This document shows, piece after piece, positions 35,436 to 45,850 of a DNA stretch of 63,645 bases. This DNA is from a virus (lineage: Duplodnaviria > Caudoviricetes). Each line of letters begins with the position of its first letter. Position 1 is the stretch's first letter. Location: the IMG/VR virus record IMGVR_UViG_3300017971_000297, positions 1-63,645 of that record. The stretch is one strand, 5' to 3'. Position numbers and translations under genes: made by a program. The notes beneath the pieces are model-generated. The model searched no databases, had not been told where the DNA came from, and saw nothing but the letters and a program-made list of their open reading frames with translations.

Positions 35436-38321
35436 ATGGCTAATTCTTCAATAGACTATATCGCCAAAGATTTTGACTCCATTGTGGATGCGTTAATTAC
35501 TTTCGCAACAGTCAACTATGGGGAAGATACGGCTGGGAACCGCCAATGGACTAACTTCAATGAAGATGATTTTAGTCGTACTTGGTTAGAAATCGTAGCC
35601 TATGTTGGTGATCTTATTTTCTATTATTTGGATGTTCAAGCTACTCAGAGTAACCTAGAAACGGCAACCATTAGATCGGCTGTGTTGGATATAGCCAAAC
35701 AGTTTGGGTATGTGGTTCCTACCGCTTCTTCTGCTTCTGGTCTAGCCACTTTTACTCTAAACACCAGTGAAACAGTCCCTGTAGGATTTAGAGTCTCCGC
35801 AGATAATGGGGCTGAATTTTTTACTACTAGCAGTTCCCCGCAGGCTGGGTCTACTGCCCTGAGCGTTATTTTACCCGTTATTCAAGGTGAACAAAGAGAT
35901 GAGACTTTTTCTGCCAAGGGAGTCCAAAATGAGGAAGTAGTGTTGGGATTTACTCCTTTAGTAGTTGATACTAGCAACTCAGTCACTACTCTCAGATCGC
36001 CTAGAGTCACGGTTAATGGTAATTCCTATAGTCTAGTGAATACTTTTATAGATAGTTTACCTTCTGATAAACACTATCAAGTGGTAACTAATACTGATGG
36101 ACAAACTGTTATTCGTTTTGGAGATGGTATTTTTGGTGAATCCTTGGCTCCGAATGATACGATTGTTGTCAATTATAGGACTGGGGGCGGTACTTCTGGA
36201 AATATACCGGCCAGCACCTTGACTACACTAGAGGATGACGCCACCTTTATTGATTCGGTGATAAATACATCGTCTTTCAGTGGAGGATCTGATGAGCCCA
36301 CCATTGATCGGCTTCGCGAACTTATTCCTGCCTCACTACAAACACTAGAAAGAGCTGTTGCAGTAGATGATTATGGTGATATTATCGTAGCGAACTTTAG
36401 CAATGTTCTTAAAGCAGCCGCTGAGGAAAATATCACAGACAGTGGTGTAGATGTGGACATCTATGTAGTTCCTTCTGGAACTTCGATAACTCCTATTACC
36501 ACGAATTTATCCCTTTTTAACAGTATTACTGATTACATAGATAAACGGAAAACAGTCACTACTACCTTCCGACTGTTGGATGCTAATGGTATAGATGTGG
36601 ATTTTAAAATAACCGCATTTCTCCTAGAGGGAGCTTCACGGACTGAGATTTCTCAAGATATTACCACAGCACTAGAGACATTTTTTGATCTCTCCGAGGG
36701 GGATACAGACGGAGCCGGGACTAAATTTGGTCAGCGGGTTCTCTTAAATGATCTGTATGCTTTATTGGATGATATTGAAGGTATAGATAGATTTGAAATC
36801 ATAAGATTCAATTATATTCCTAGAATTGAGCCTACCACAGCGTCTGGAACTAATTATCTAACCAGCACTATTGAGGTTATGCCTGAATCTGAACCATCCG
36901 AGTGGCTCGTGGCATCTGAGTATAATGCGGGATCTCCGGATTATAACCCATTTACAGTGTATAAACGACTTACTGGATCGGTATCTAACCTTAGCGCTGA
37001 CAGCCTAGCTGATGATAGTTTAAATCTAGCGGTGGTAGAAAGTGAAACCTCAGCTATTAATGTGGATGGTTCAAACAACGTAGTGTTCGATAAAAACAGG
37101 ACTTTTGTAGCAGATGAGTTTGTGGGAGGAGGATTCCTATTAGTAGACTCCTCCGGGAATATATGGAATATTACCGACAATGACGCTCACTCTATTATCC
37201 TAGGTCCTAATGCAATTAATAATACTGTGGTTTCGGATGTATCTGCTGGCAGTTATAAGATTGTCAGAAGCTTGATTGGACAGAATCTTATTTTTAGAAA
37301 TCTGGTCTTTTCCAACATCGACTATAATACTCATAATACTATTTATAGGATTGGATCGAGTTTCAATCTAGTCGGAACTATTGGAGATTCCTTTGATATT
37401 TCTATTCCCCAAACCAATACGGGCAATTTTGGTGTACCCGTAACCATCGTTGGATTTACTTCAAGTACACCTACTGCCGGTACTGGTAGAGTTTCCTTTG
37501 CCGGTAGTCCAGATCTATCCAGCGTAACTACTGGACCGGGTAGTGATTACTTGCTCATAGACAGTAATGAACAAGTCTTTGAAGTAATCACGGTGGATGA
37601 TACTAACAAAACCGTAGATATTATTCACCAAGCAGGGGTGACTACAGCTCCTGTGGTATCAGGTGGCCAGCCAGGATCTCTAGCACCAAGGTATTATAGT
37701 GATGATGGTGAAGTGAGTTTTGTTATTGGTCAAGCAAATCAAGCAGTTGGTATTGGATTTCAAGCCCAAGGTAATATACAGACTGTAGATCCCGCCAATA
37801 TCAGTGATGCGGAAACCTTTATACTTAATGATGGAATTAATCCTGCGGTTACATTTGAATTTGAAAAGACTGGTGGAGTAGCAGGAGGCAATGTAGCGGT
37901 AGACATTTCAGCCGCTGCTGATGCCGAAGATGTAAGAGATGCTATTGTTTCAGCAATCAATGGAGCAGCTTCTCTAGCTATTACAGCAACTCCAGGTACT
38001 CCCACAAATATGGTACTTTTACAAAATGATAATGTAGGTACACAGGGAAATCAAACTATTATCAATGGTGTAGCTGATACTGGATTTATCACTACCGGCC
38101 TAACTGGTGGTCTTAGTGTAGGAAGTATTCCTACCCCAGTAATTCCGGCTGTAGGTAAATCTTCCACAGATACCGGATTAGACACTGACGGAAATGTTAT
38201 AGATATCTTTGTTTTTAAGGTATCTGGTTATGTAGATGATATTGTGAATTTAAGAAAGAGCGAAATTCCTGAATTCTCAGAAGATAATTTAGAATTAGAC
38301 CTTAGAGGGGGCGTAGCCTAA
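35436..38321 (+). CDS. Baseplate wedge protein (gp6/J-like)
   Basis: IDYIAKDFDSI, LEIVAYVGD, LETATIRSAV..IAKQFGY, IRFGDG..G, YRTGGG.SGN, ERAVAVDDY. Confidence 0.9.
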   Translation: MANSSIDYIAKDFDSIVDALITFATVNYGEDTAGNRQWTNFNEDDFSRTWLEIVAYVGDLIFYYLDVQATQSNLETATIRSAVLDIAKQFGYVVPTASSASGLATFTLNTSETVPVGFRVSADNGAEFFTTSSSPQAGSTALSVILPVIQGEQRDETFSAKGVQNEEVVLGFTPLVVDTSNSVTTLRSPRVTVNGNSYSLVNTFIDSLPSDKHYQVVTNTDGQTVIRFGDGIFGESLAPNDTIVVNYRTGGGTSGNIPASTLTTLEDDATFIDSVINTSSFSGGSDEPTIDRLRELIPASLQTLERAVAVDDYGDIIVANFSNVLKAAAEENITDSGVDVDIYVVPSGTSITPITTNLSLFNSITDYIDKRKTVTTTFRLLDANGIDVDFKITAFLLEGASRTEISQDITTALETFFDLSEGDTDGAGTKFGQRVLLNDLYALLDDIEGIDRFEIIRFNYIPRIEPTTASGTNYLTSTIEVMPESEPSEWLVASEYNAGSPDYNPFTVYKRLTGSVSNLSADSLADDSLNLAVVESETSAINVDGSNNVVFDKNRTFVADEFVGGGFLLVDSSGNIWNITDNDAHSIILGPNAINNTVVSDVSAGSYKIVRSLIGQNLIFRNLVFSNIDYNTHNTIYRIGSSFNLVGTIGDSFDISIPQTNTGNFGVPVTIVGFTSSTPTAGTGRVSFAGSPDLSSVTTGPGSDYLLIDSNEQVFEVITVDDTNKTVDIIHQAGVTTAPVVSGGQPGSLAPRYYSDDGEVSFVIGQANQAVGIGFQAQGNIQTVDPANISDAETFILNDGINPAVTFEFEKTGGVAGGNVAVDISAAADAEDVRDAIVSAINGAASLAITATPGTPTNMVLLQNDNVGTQGNQTIINGVADTGFITTGLTGGLSVGSIPTPVIPAVGKSSTDTGLDTDGNVIDIFVFKVSGYVDDIVNLRKSEIPEFSEDNLELDLRGGVA

Positions 38322-41300
38322 TGTCTACTTTGACTATTACTAGACCACCCCAATTTCTAGATCCTTGGTTCGTAGAGATCGAACAGGTTTGGGACGAGAT
38401 TGAGGCGGCTACTAACGACCAAGAGACGAGGATAGGAAACTTAGAAACTGCTATTGTTTCAAGTGTAGTAACTTCCTTGTCTGCTCAAGGGGAACCTGCT
38501 CTCACAGGCCCCGTGGTCTTAGATAAAACAGACGATATTACCCTTACCCAAGTAGGTAATACTATTACTATTGGCGGGGGTATTACCGACCACGGTGGTT
38601 TAGCCGGACTCCTAGACGACGATCATACTATCTATCTATTGGCAGATGGTACGAGATCTCTCACTGGAGATATGAGTCATGGTCTTACCCAAGCCCTAAA
38701 TTTTAGGGTAGAGGGCTTTGCTACTCCTCCAGCGGCGGGAAATCAGGGCAGATTAATTTTTAATCAGACCACTGGCAGGTTAATGGTAGACAATGGTTCT
38801 GCCTTTATAGACTCCGGTATTACCGTACATGCGGATCTGGGTGGTTTAACTGCTGATGATCATTTACAGTATGCTAGAACAAATGGTACTAGAGATATCA
38901 CAGGAGATCAGACATTTCTTCAAGATATTATAGTGACTGGTCAGTTCCAAGCTCCTTTGAATGAGACTTGGGAAGCCTATTCTCAAGAAGATGATGGTGC
39001 TTCTTCGTTAGCTTTCCTGTTTGATACCGCCAATCTTATGGATACTGCTGGATCAAAGGTACTAGCAGTTAGAAACGCTACCAACGAAGTTTTTGCTATT
39101 CTTAGAGATTCTGATCCTAGCCCCCTGGGAACCTTCTCTGATGAGCATGTGATTAAGTTGACTGAGAAAACAGGTAGTGATGTTGGTTATATAGCTATGA
39201 CCACTGATCCCGCCCTAGTCCTACTCGGAGCAGATGGAGTAGCGGTTAATGCTCTTTCTACTGATACTGCGGGTGACTACTTAGGTGCAATGCAGTTGGA
39301 TGGAGATGGTCCTACTCATGCAGCCCTTTTAGCCCAAGACCTAGCTGGTACTGGTTCTCCCAAAGCCGAAGTTTCCGCAGAGGATACTGTGGGTGGAGGA
39401 GAAAAAGCGGAATTTACAGCTAGTTTAGCTGCTGGTGTAGATCCTTTAGGTAGAGTACGAGCTGCCAACGGAGCTATAACCTCGTATGCTGATCATGTAG
39501 CCCAGCTCAATGGAATTAATCCCGAAGCCTGGTTAAAAAGTACTTCTGGATCGGAAACTGCCACAGTTGAAGGTAGTTTCGACGGATCGACCGTGCCTTT
39601 TGTAGAACTAGAGGTGGCAGCCACAGCAGGGACTGATAAGTTACTGTTAAAGAATGCAGAATTTGATTTTCAAATTAATTCTAACTCTGAGTTGCAGGTT
39701 AGAGCTGGCGAAGTTGAGGTTTTAGGTACTTTAATTGGTGGATCTTCTCCTTTTATTCTAGAATCAAAAGAAACTGATGGAGCTTCTGCAATAGGGTTTA
39801 CTCTAGATACCCAAAATGATTTAGCAGATGCGGGAGCAAAAATCCTCAGTCTACAAAATAATTCTATAGAGAAAGCCTACATTGGAGAAGATGGTAAGGC
39901 TTGGCTTCCAGCAGTTATACTAGATAGGCAAACAACTACGCCTATAGGTACATCTGAGGGAGAAGGCCTATTTGCCGATACCAATGGGGATCTTCAGTAC
40001 TATGGACCTAATAATAATTTAATTCAAATAACTGATGGAGATATTCTTTCTGGTAGCTTTGTTAAAATTGTGCCCCCTTCTGCTGGCGGTGCGGGCATTG
40101 AAGCAGCTATATTGGAAGTTATCTCAGCCGGTGGGGGTATAGTTCAGCTTCTAACCGGGACTTATGCAATCACATCTGAATTAAAAGTAGACGGTACGGA
40201 TGCCTTAAATAATGTAACTATTCGTGGTATAGGTGATGAAACAATTCTAGATATTCAAACTACTGGAGTAAATTATCCTATTGCTTTAGGTGGCAGACTT
40301 AATACTTATGATGATCTATTGAATGATGTAACTAAAGGAGATACATCAATCTACACAACAACTCCAGGCGATGCCTCTGCGGTACTGGAGGGAGATCTTA
40401 TTTATATTGTATTTACAGATGATGATGGTTATATACGAACAGCTCTGTTAAAGGCCGCTGGAGATGGAGTAGCCTTAACCGGTGAAATTCCAATTGTTGA
40501 TCCAATTACAAAAAATGGGACATCTGCAAGAATTTTAAGATGCACGAGATATGGTAACAATATAAAACTTCAAAATTTTAAAATTACTAAAAATGCCAGC
40601 TCAACTGATGCCTATGCTGGAATATATATTACATATCTCAATAGTTTTATTATTGAAGGCGTTAATGTATTTGATATTGATGCGGGTGATGCTTTTGACA
40701 CTGGTACTGGGATTTATGCAATTAACTGTTATTTTGGCACTATAAGAGATTGTCGTACTCGTGGCTGCGTAGAAAGCGGAATAACATTATATGGTACTTA
40801 TGATGTTGTTATGGAAAGATGCGCGGCTATAGAATGTGCTTTGAAAACAAATGCCCACAGAAATGGATTAAGAATTAGAAATTTTGCTTCTAAAACTACC
40901 ATTAAATATAGTTATGTAAAAAATTGTGGCCACAGAGGAATTTATTTGCATCCGCAATCCAGCACAGTCTGTTCTGAAATATCTCTTATAAATAATAGAA
41001 TTGAAGATATTGATGGCTATGGAATTTATGCTACTGGGTGTGTAGATGTAGAAATTGCAAGCAACGTCATTTCAGTAGTTGAAGAAGACGGAATTTATAC
41101 TGGAGATACAGACCACATTAGATGCTCGAATAACTTGATTTCTGATGCAGGAAGATCTGGTATTTACAATCAAACTAACGGTAACTATGGAACTTATACT
41201 GGAAATGTAGTTAGAAATGTTGTATCTACCGGAATTACTATTACCAGTGGAGAAGGAAACGTAGTAGCAAATAATAGTGTATATGATTGTGTAGCGTATG

Positions 41301-41548
41301 GATATAGTTTAAACTCAACTCAAGGATCAACTCTTACTGGAAATTTTGCTAAAGATTGTGGTCGTGGGGCATTTATTCATAATGCAACAGATTGTATTAT
41401 CAATGGAAATGTATTTTTTGGTTGTACTTACGGAATTTATCTTTCGGATTCATCCACATATTGTATGATAGCCAACAACAACTCTAGAGGACAAACCCTA
41501 TGGACTGGCGCTGGTGTTGGCAATGATTTTGTTAACAATAAGGAGTAA
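38321..41548 (+). CDS. Tail fibre/spike with C-terminal right-handed beta-helix (putative depolymerase)
   Basis: H..L.GL..DDH..Y....GTR twice; GGGIVQLLTGTY cap; many GIY and N-x-I beta-helix coils. Confidence 0.8.
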   Translation: MSTLTITRPPQFLDPWFVEIEQVWDEIEAATNDQETRIGNLETAIVSSVVTSLSAQGEPALTGPVVLDKTDDITLTQVGNTITIGGGITDHGGLAGLLDDDHTIYLLADGTRSLTGDMSHGLTQALNFRVEGFATPPAAGNQGRLIFNQTTGRLMVDNGSAFIDSGITVHADLGGLTADDHLQYARTNGTRDITGDQTFLQDIIVTGQFQAPLNETWEAYSQEDDGASSLAFLFDTANLMDTAGSKVLAVRNATNEVFAILRDSDPSPLGTFSDEHVIKLTEKTGSDVGYIAMTTDPALVLLGADGVAVNALSTDTAGDYLGAMQLDGDGPTHAALLAQDLAGTGSPKAEVSAEDTVGGGEKAEFTASLAAGVDPLGRVRAANGAITSYADHVAQLNGINPEAWLKSTSGSETATVEGSFDGSTVPFVELEVAATAGTDKLLLKNAEFDFQINSNSELQVRAGEVEVLGTLIGGSSPFILESKETDGASAIGFTLDTQNDLADAGAKILSLQNNSIEKAYIGEDGKAWLPAVILDRQTTTPIGTSEGEGLFADTNGDLQYYGPNNNLIQITDGDILSGSFVKIVPPSAGGAGIEAAILEVISAGGGIVQLLTGTYAITSELKVDGTDALNNVTIRGIGDETILDIQTTGVNYPIALGGRLNTYDDLLNDVTKGDTSIYTTTPGDASAVLEGDLIYIVFTDDDGYIRTALLKAAGDGVALTGEIPIVDPITKNGTSARILRCTRYGNNIKLQNFKITKNASSTDAYAGIYITYLNSFIIEGVNVFDIDAGDAFDTGTGIYAINCYFGTIRDCRTRGCVESGITLYGTYDVVMERCAAIECALKTNAHRNGLRIRNFASKTTIKYSYVKNCGHRGIYLHPQSSTVCSEISLINNRIEDIDGYGIYATGCVDVEIASNVISVVEEDGIYTGDTDHIRCSNNLISDAGRSGIYNQTNGNYGTYTGNVVRNVVSTGITITSGEGNVVANNSVYDCVAYGYSLNSTQGSTLTGNFAKDCGRGAFIHNATDCIINGNVFFGCTYGIYLSDSSTYCMIANNNSRGQTLWTGAGVGNDFVNNKE

Positions 41549-41551
41549 TGG

Positions 41552-43495
41552 ATGTCTATTAATTTAAAAAGTGGTAATCCTGATGGTGTTGGTGCTGAAG
41601 GCGTAGTTGTCGATACTAATGAAACGTATGCAGATGATGGCTCTAAAATACTAGTAATTAACAATAATGGTAATGAAGTTGCCCACATAAAAAAAGATGG
41701 ATCGTATTCTAATAGTTCCATCATACCCGTACTACCTAGTGAGGGTGGAGCAGGTATAACAGCAGCTATTAATGCTTTACATACTTTGGGAGGCGGGATA
41801 GTCCAACTATTGGAGGGAACTTATAATGTTACTTCTAATATTACTCCCACTCTAGGGGCCAGCAATATTGACATTCGTGGTATGGGCGATTCTACTATTC
41901 TTAAAGTATTTGGTACTAATGTCAGTTGTTTTAATTTTTCCGCATCAAATGGTGGGAATTGGCCCCTAAATAATCCGACTGCTGGAGATACCAGTATTTA
42001 CACCACTACTGCTTCTCATGCAGGGTCTACTTTAGAGGGAGAATGGATTATCCTATTCGGAACAGATTCTAGTGGAAATCCTGTACGGGAATGGAACTTT
42101 GCTGCTGCGGACGGTAATGGGACTACTGGAGAAATACAATTAGTAAATCCAGTAGTTACTACTATGACCTCCGTGACTTTGTATAGTGGTACAGGCAATA
42201 TTAACAATTCCTTTAGAGATATGAGAATTGAAGCAGATTCAGCCACTTATTCATCCGCCATTACTAATATCAACCCCATTCGTCATAGATATGAAAATCT
42301 AAATCTTGTTGGTAAGTTTGAACACGGACTTCGTTTAACTGGGCCAGGTTTTAGCAATACTATTTCTCGATGTTTAATGAATGATATTGATAAAAATCCC
42401 ATACAACTAAGTAATCAATTTCAAGTAGTTGTAGAAAAATGCTGGCTACGAGATTGTCTAGCGTTAAACTTAGAAGCCTCTCACGACGTAGATGTAGAAA
42501 AATGTTTTATAATCGATAGTAGGTCGTCTGGTATCGACGCCACTGGCGGTAACCGTAGAGCAAAAATTCGTGGTTGTAGTATCATTAATCCTACTGGAAC
42601 TTTAATAGACGCGGGAGATTTAGAATGTACTGTGGCAGATTGTCATTTTGTGGATGGAACTAGTGTTACAGCAGGAGCAGCCAAACATCTTGACGTTGTA
42701 GGGAATATGTTTCTGCGATGTACCGGCATGGTGAGTGGCGGCACTGGAGAATATATAACTGCTGTAGGAAATACCGGAAAAGAAATTGTTGGTTCTGCCT
42801 TTACTGGAGGTACTAATTACTTTGTAATCAAAGGAAATAATGTAGACTTAGGTGGAGATGTTTATGAAGGAAGCTGCGACTACGTTATTTTTGAGGGAAA
42901 TACAGTTCAGGGCGGTTTTCGAGGTGTCCGGCTTCTAGGTGATTACGGTATGGTACAGGGTAATACTTTTATTGGAAATACTCAAGATGTCACAGTTGTA
43001 TCTGGTGTGGGTCACTATATTGGGCCTAATCAGTTTGGTACAACTAGGAATTTTGTCAACCAAGGGCAAGTTGATGCAGCTCAGGTGGTTTCAAAGAGAG
43101 TGACAAAAGAGTTTGATTACGCAGATTTTGCTACCGCAGCCACTACTAATGATATTGAAATTTTCTCCCTTCCGGCTAAAGCAAGTTTAGTAGACATTTA
43201 TGCAGAGGTTACCCAAGTTTTTGCTGGTGGAGGAATCACGGCATATACTATCTCAGTAGGAATAGCTGGAAGTCTCACTAAGTATATGTTGGCAAATGAT
43301 GTTCTTACAGCAACCACCCTACATGAGGATAATACTAAAAAAGGTGCTGCTTTAACTACGGCTGGGAATTCTAACGTAGAGAGTGCTTCAGCTTCTACTA
43401 GTATTAGGGCACAGGCTACCTCTACTACCGCCAATCTAGATCAAGCCGCAACTGGCAGAATAACTTTTTATATAACCTATAGAGATATCGTATAA
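41552..43495 (+). CDS. Second tail spike with beta-helix, paralogous to the preceding gene
   Basis: GGAGITAAI...GGGIVQLLEGTY, IRGMGDSTIL, GDTSIYTT, TGEIQLV.P shared with 38321-41548. Confidence 0.8.
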   Translation: MSINLKSGNPDGVGAEGVVVDTNETYADDGSKILVINNNGNEVAHIKKDGSYSNSSIIPVLPSEGGAGITAAINALHTLGGGIVQLLEGTYNVTSNITPTLGASNIDIRGMGDSTILKVFGTNVSCFNFSASNGGNWPLNNPTAGDTSIYTTTASHAGSTLEGEWIILFGTDSSGNPVREWNFAAADGNGTTGEIQLVNPVVTTMTSVTLYSGTGNINNSFRDMRIEADSATYSSAITNINPIRHRYENLNLVGKFEHGLRLTGPGFSNTISRCLMNDIDKNPIQLSNQFQVVVEKCWLRDCLALNLEASHDVDVEKCFIIDSRSSGIDATGGNRRAKIRGCSIINPTGTLIDAGDLECTVADCHFVDGTSVTAGAAKHLDVVGNMFLRCTGMVSGGTGEYITAVGNTGKEIVGSAFTGGTNYFVIKGNNVDLGGDVYEGSCDYVIFEGNTVQGGFRGVRLLGDYGMVQGNTFIGNTQDVTVVSGVGHYIGPNQFGTTRNFVNQGQVDAAQVVSKRVTKEFDYADFATAATTNDIEIFSLPAKASLVDIYAEVTQVFAGGGITAYTISVGIAGSLTKYMLANDVLTATTLHEDNTKKGAALTTAGNSNVESASASTSIRAQATSTTANLDQAATGRITFYITYRDIV

Positions 43496-43506
43496 GGAGA
43501 TTTACG

Positions 43507-43800
43507 ATGGCTTTGGAAAAGATCCTAACTACTCCTGAATCCCAATCTGCTATCGACAAGGTACGCATGTACATTAAAAATGTAGATCCCGACAAGAAGC
43601 TATTAAAAGTAGAGCTTCATAAAGGATTTCTTGATAGTGGAGAATTTAAAAGTGTTAAAATTGTTACTGTATATATTACCAAGGATGAATATGATGCAGT
43701 AATGGATACTGAGGGAACTACAGGTATTACTGTTCGCGAGACTTTGGCAGAAGCCATTTGGACTTGGTTGCAGACAAACGGTCACATCGACGTACAATAA
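43507..43800 (+). CDS. Hypothetical protein (possible fibre chaperone)
   Basis: AAGGAG RBS; directly follows the spike gene. Confidence 0.65.
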   Translation: MALEKILTTPESQSAIDKVRMYIKNVDPDKKLLKVELHKGFLDSGEFKSVKIVTVYITKDEYDAVMDTEGTTGITVRETLAEAIWTWLQTNGHIDVQ

Positions 43801-43810
43801 GGAGTAATCT

Positions 43811-45835
43811 ATGTCCGGTTTCGGAGGTGGACCATGGGGTTCCGGACCATGGGGTGGAGGAGTATCTGATCTCTATTTAGTTAGAGAATTCTTTGCTAGA
43901 AACTCCAATCCTAATGAAATTTCTCTTACTTGGAAAAAGCCTTTAGGCCTATCCAGCGATCAAGAAATTGTAATTGTAAGGCGCAAAGACGCTTTTCCCA
44001 TGGAACTCTACAATGATGATCCTTTATTTTCTTCTAAAGTAAATGTCTCTGGATTCACGGATGTGGTCCAGGTAGAGATATTTCGAGGATCTCTTATACG
44101 TGGGAGTAATGGAGTAGGGACTACGGGCAAACTAACAGACGCTTTAGCCTCTTTTCCGACTTCTCCCTCCTTAAAAGGAAGGATACTAAGAGATTCTTAT
44201 AGTCGAAATTATAGAATTTCTAGTAATACATCCACAGAGATTTTTATTGAAGGAACAGAAGTTCCCGCTAATGGACAGTATGTTGTACTTATAGATTTCC
44301 CCAACTCTAATGAATCGGCTATTACTGGAACATCCACCTCTGTGGGAGCGGGATTTCTAAGAGATACTAGTCAAAATTTTGAATTAGAGTCTCTGAAAGA
44401 TAGAATCCTAGTCGATCAAGCGGGAAATAGATTTGTCATTATTAATAATACCCTAGACTATATCTCTGTATCTGGCACTCCTTCAGCCGGGGATTATACA
44501 ATTCTACAAGAGTTTGCAGATTTTGTGAGTCCTTCTGATACAGTCAAGGGACAATTTAGTTATGTAGATACATACTTAAATAGTAGTGAGGCCTCTTCAC
44601 GGACTGGGACAGGACTGGAAGATAGTCAATTTTACTATTATACTGCTTTTACTCATAAAACAGGAGAAAATGTCGCACAGTCTGTATTTTCTACCTTTGG
44701 TACGGCTGATTCTACCCAGAGTGCAGCCCTATCTACTTTTGATAGGGAATTTCAGGAAATACTTCTAAGATATTGGCCCAATGTATTTAAGTTGGGTGAT
44801 CAGACTGGAGATTTCGAGGACCTTATGGCTGTATTTGGCTTCGGCTTCAATGAAATCTATGGATTTGTTCATACTTTTAATTTGACTAATCCAGATAGAA
44901 TGTATCATACTGTTTTATCAAGTTTTACTGAACAGTTAGGTATTTCTGTAAGACAGGTGGGGATAGATACTAATCGAAGAATTATACGCGATCTGCTTCC
45001 AACCCTAAAACAAAAGGGATCAAAGGAAGGAATCGTAGACTTTATAAGAATTATTACTACTTGGGATGTAACTAATGGAACTAAAGATGCAGGATCTATT
45101 ATAGATGATGCTCCGAACTTAAATTCACTAAGATTATACAGTGATACTTTGGGTTCTAATAATACTCGTCTATTTGGATTTCAGCGGGCTTTTGGTAATG
45201 ATCCTTTCATCTCGTATACATATACTTCAGGTACAGGCATTATGCAGTGGTCATCTACAGTAGATCTCTCTGATGTGGAGATTGGAGATTTTTTTATAGA
45301 TGGCGCAGGTTCGTTCTTTGATGTTCTGGGAGTAGATAATTCTTCTAACAATATTACTATAGATACAGGACAAACAGTAAATACGTCTTCAGGTGGGGAT
45401 ATATACAAGAAGACGGCTCTAGCAGACGTGGGAACCTTTTTCGATACCCTTCCAGGGATTATTATTCCAGGGTTCTTTACGTTCAGGGAATTCGTGGTAG
45501 AAGCCCAAGATATAGCCCTATTTGTAGGAGAGAGTACTAATATAGAGATCTTTGAAGATAGTACTCGTCTTACAGACTCAGGGGCAAATTTTGGAGGAAC
45601 TAATAATCTTTTAGGTAATTTTTTGATTCCTAAACAGGGTCAAGTTAATGATATCTTTGAGATTATCTCTAATACTTCTACCACAATCACTGTTACAGGA
45701 GTTGTTAGAGATTCAGATCCGGTGGGAGATTATGCAATTCTCTCACCCCTAAATACTGCACGATTTAGACTTATTTTATCTTTAATGACTAATTTTGCAC
45801 CATCAAATTCAAGAATGGGAATTCAATTTACGTAA
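43811..45835 (+). CDS. Baseplate wedge protein (gp7/P2 I-like) with FN3-like and beta modules
   Basis: RRIIRDLLPTLKQKGSKEGIVDFIRIITTW; ISLTWKKP...YYYTAF; N-terminal GFGGGPWGSGPWGGG. Confidence 0.72.
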   Translation: MSGFGGGPWGSGPWGGGVSDLYLVREFFARNSNPNEISLTWKKPLGLSSDQEIVIVRRKDAFPMELYNDDPLFSSKVNVSGFTDVVQVEIFRGSLIRGSNGVGTTGKLTDALASFPTSPSLKGRILRDSYSRNYRISSNTSTEIFIEGTEVPANGQYVVLIDFPNSNESAITGTSTSVGAGFLRDTSQNFELESLKDRILVDQAGNRFVIINNTLDYISVSGTPSAGDYTILQEFADFVSPSDTVKGQFSYVDTYLNSSEASSRTGTGLEDSQFYYYTAFTHKTGENVAQSVFSTFGTADSTQSAALSTFDREFQEILLRYWPNVFKLGDQTGDFEDLMAVFGFGFNEIYGFVHTFNLTNPDRMYHTVLSSFTEQLGISVRQVGIDTNRRIIRDLLPTLKQKGSKEGIVDFIRIITTWDVTNGTKDAGSIIDDAPNLNSLRLYSDTLGSNNTRLFGFQRAFGNDPFISYTYTSGTGIMQWSSTVDLSDVEIGDFFIDGAGSFFDVLGVDNSSNNITIDTGQTVNTSSGGDIYKKTALADVGTFFDTLPGIIIPGFFTFREFVVEAQDIALFVGESTNIEIFEDSTRLTDSGANFGGTNNLLGNFLIPKQGQVNDIFEIISNTSTTITVTGVVRDSDPVGDYAILSPLNTARFRLILSLMTNFAPSNSRMGIQFT

Positions 45836-45850
45836 GTAGGAGATTAATCG

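Noticed and set aside
23025-45835. Stand-alone eCIS/tailocin locus
   Set aside because: Terminase, portal, scaffold and major capsid genes are in the same operon, so this is a phage tail.
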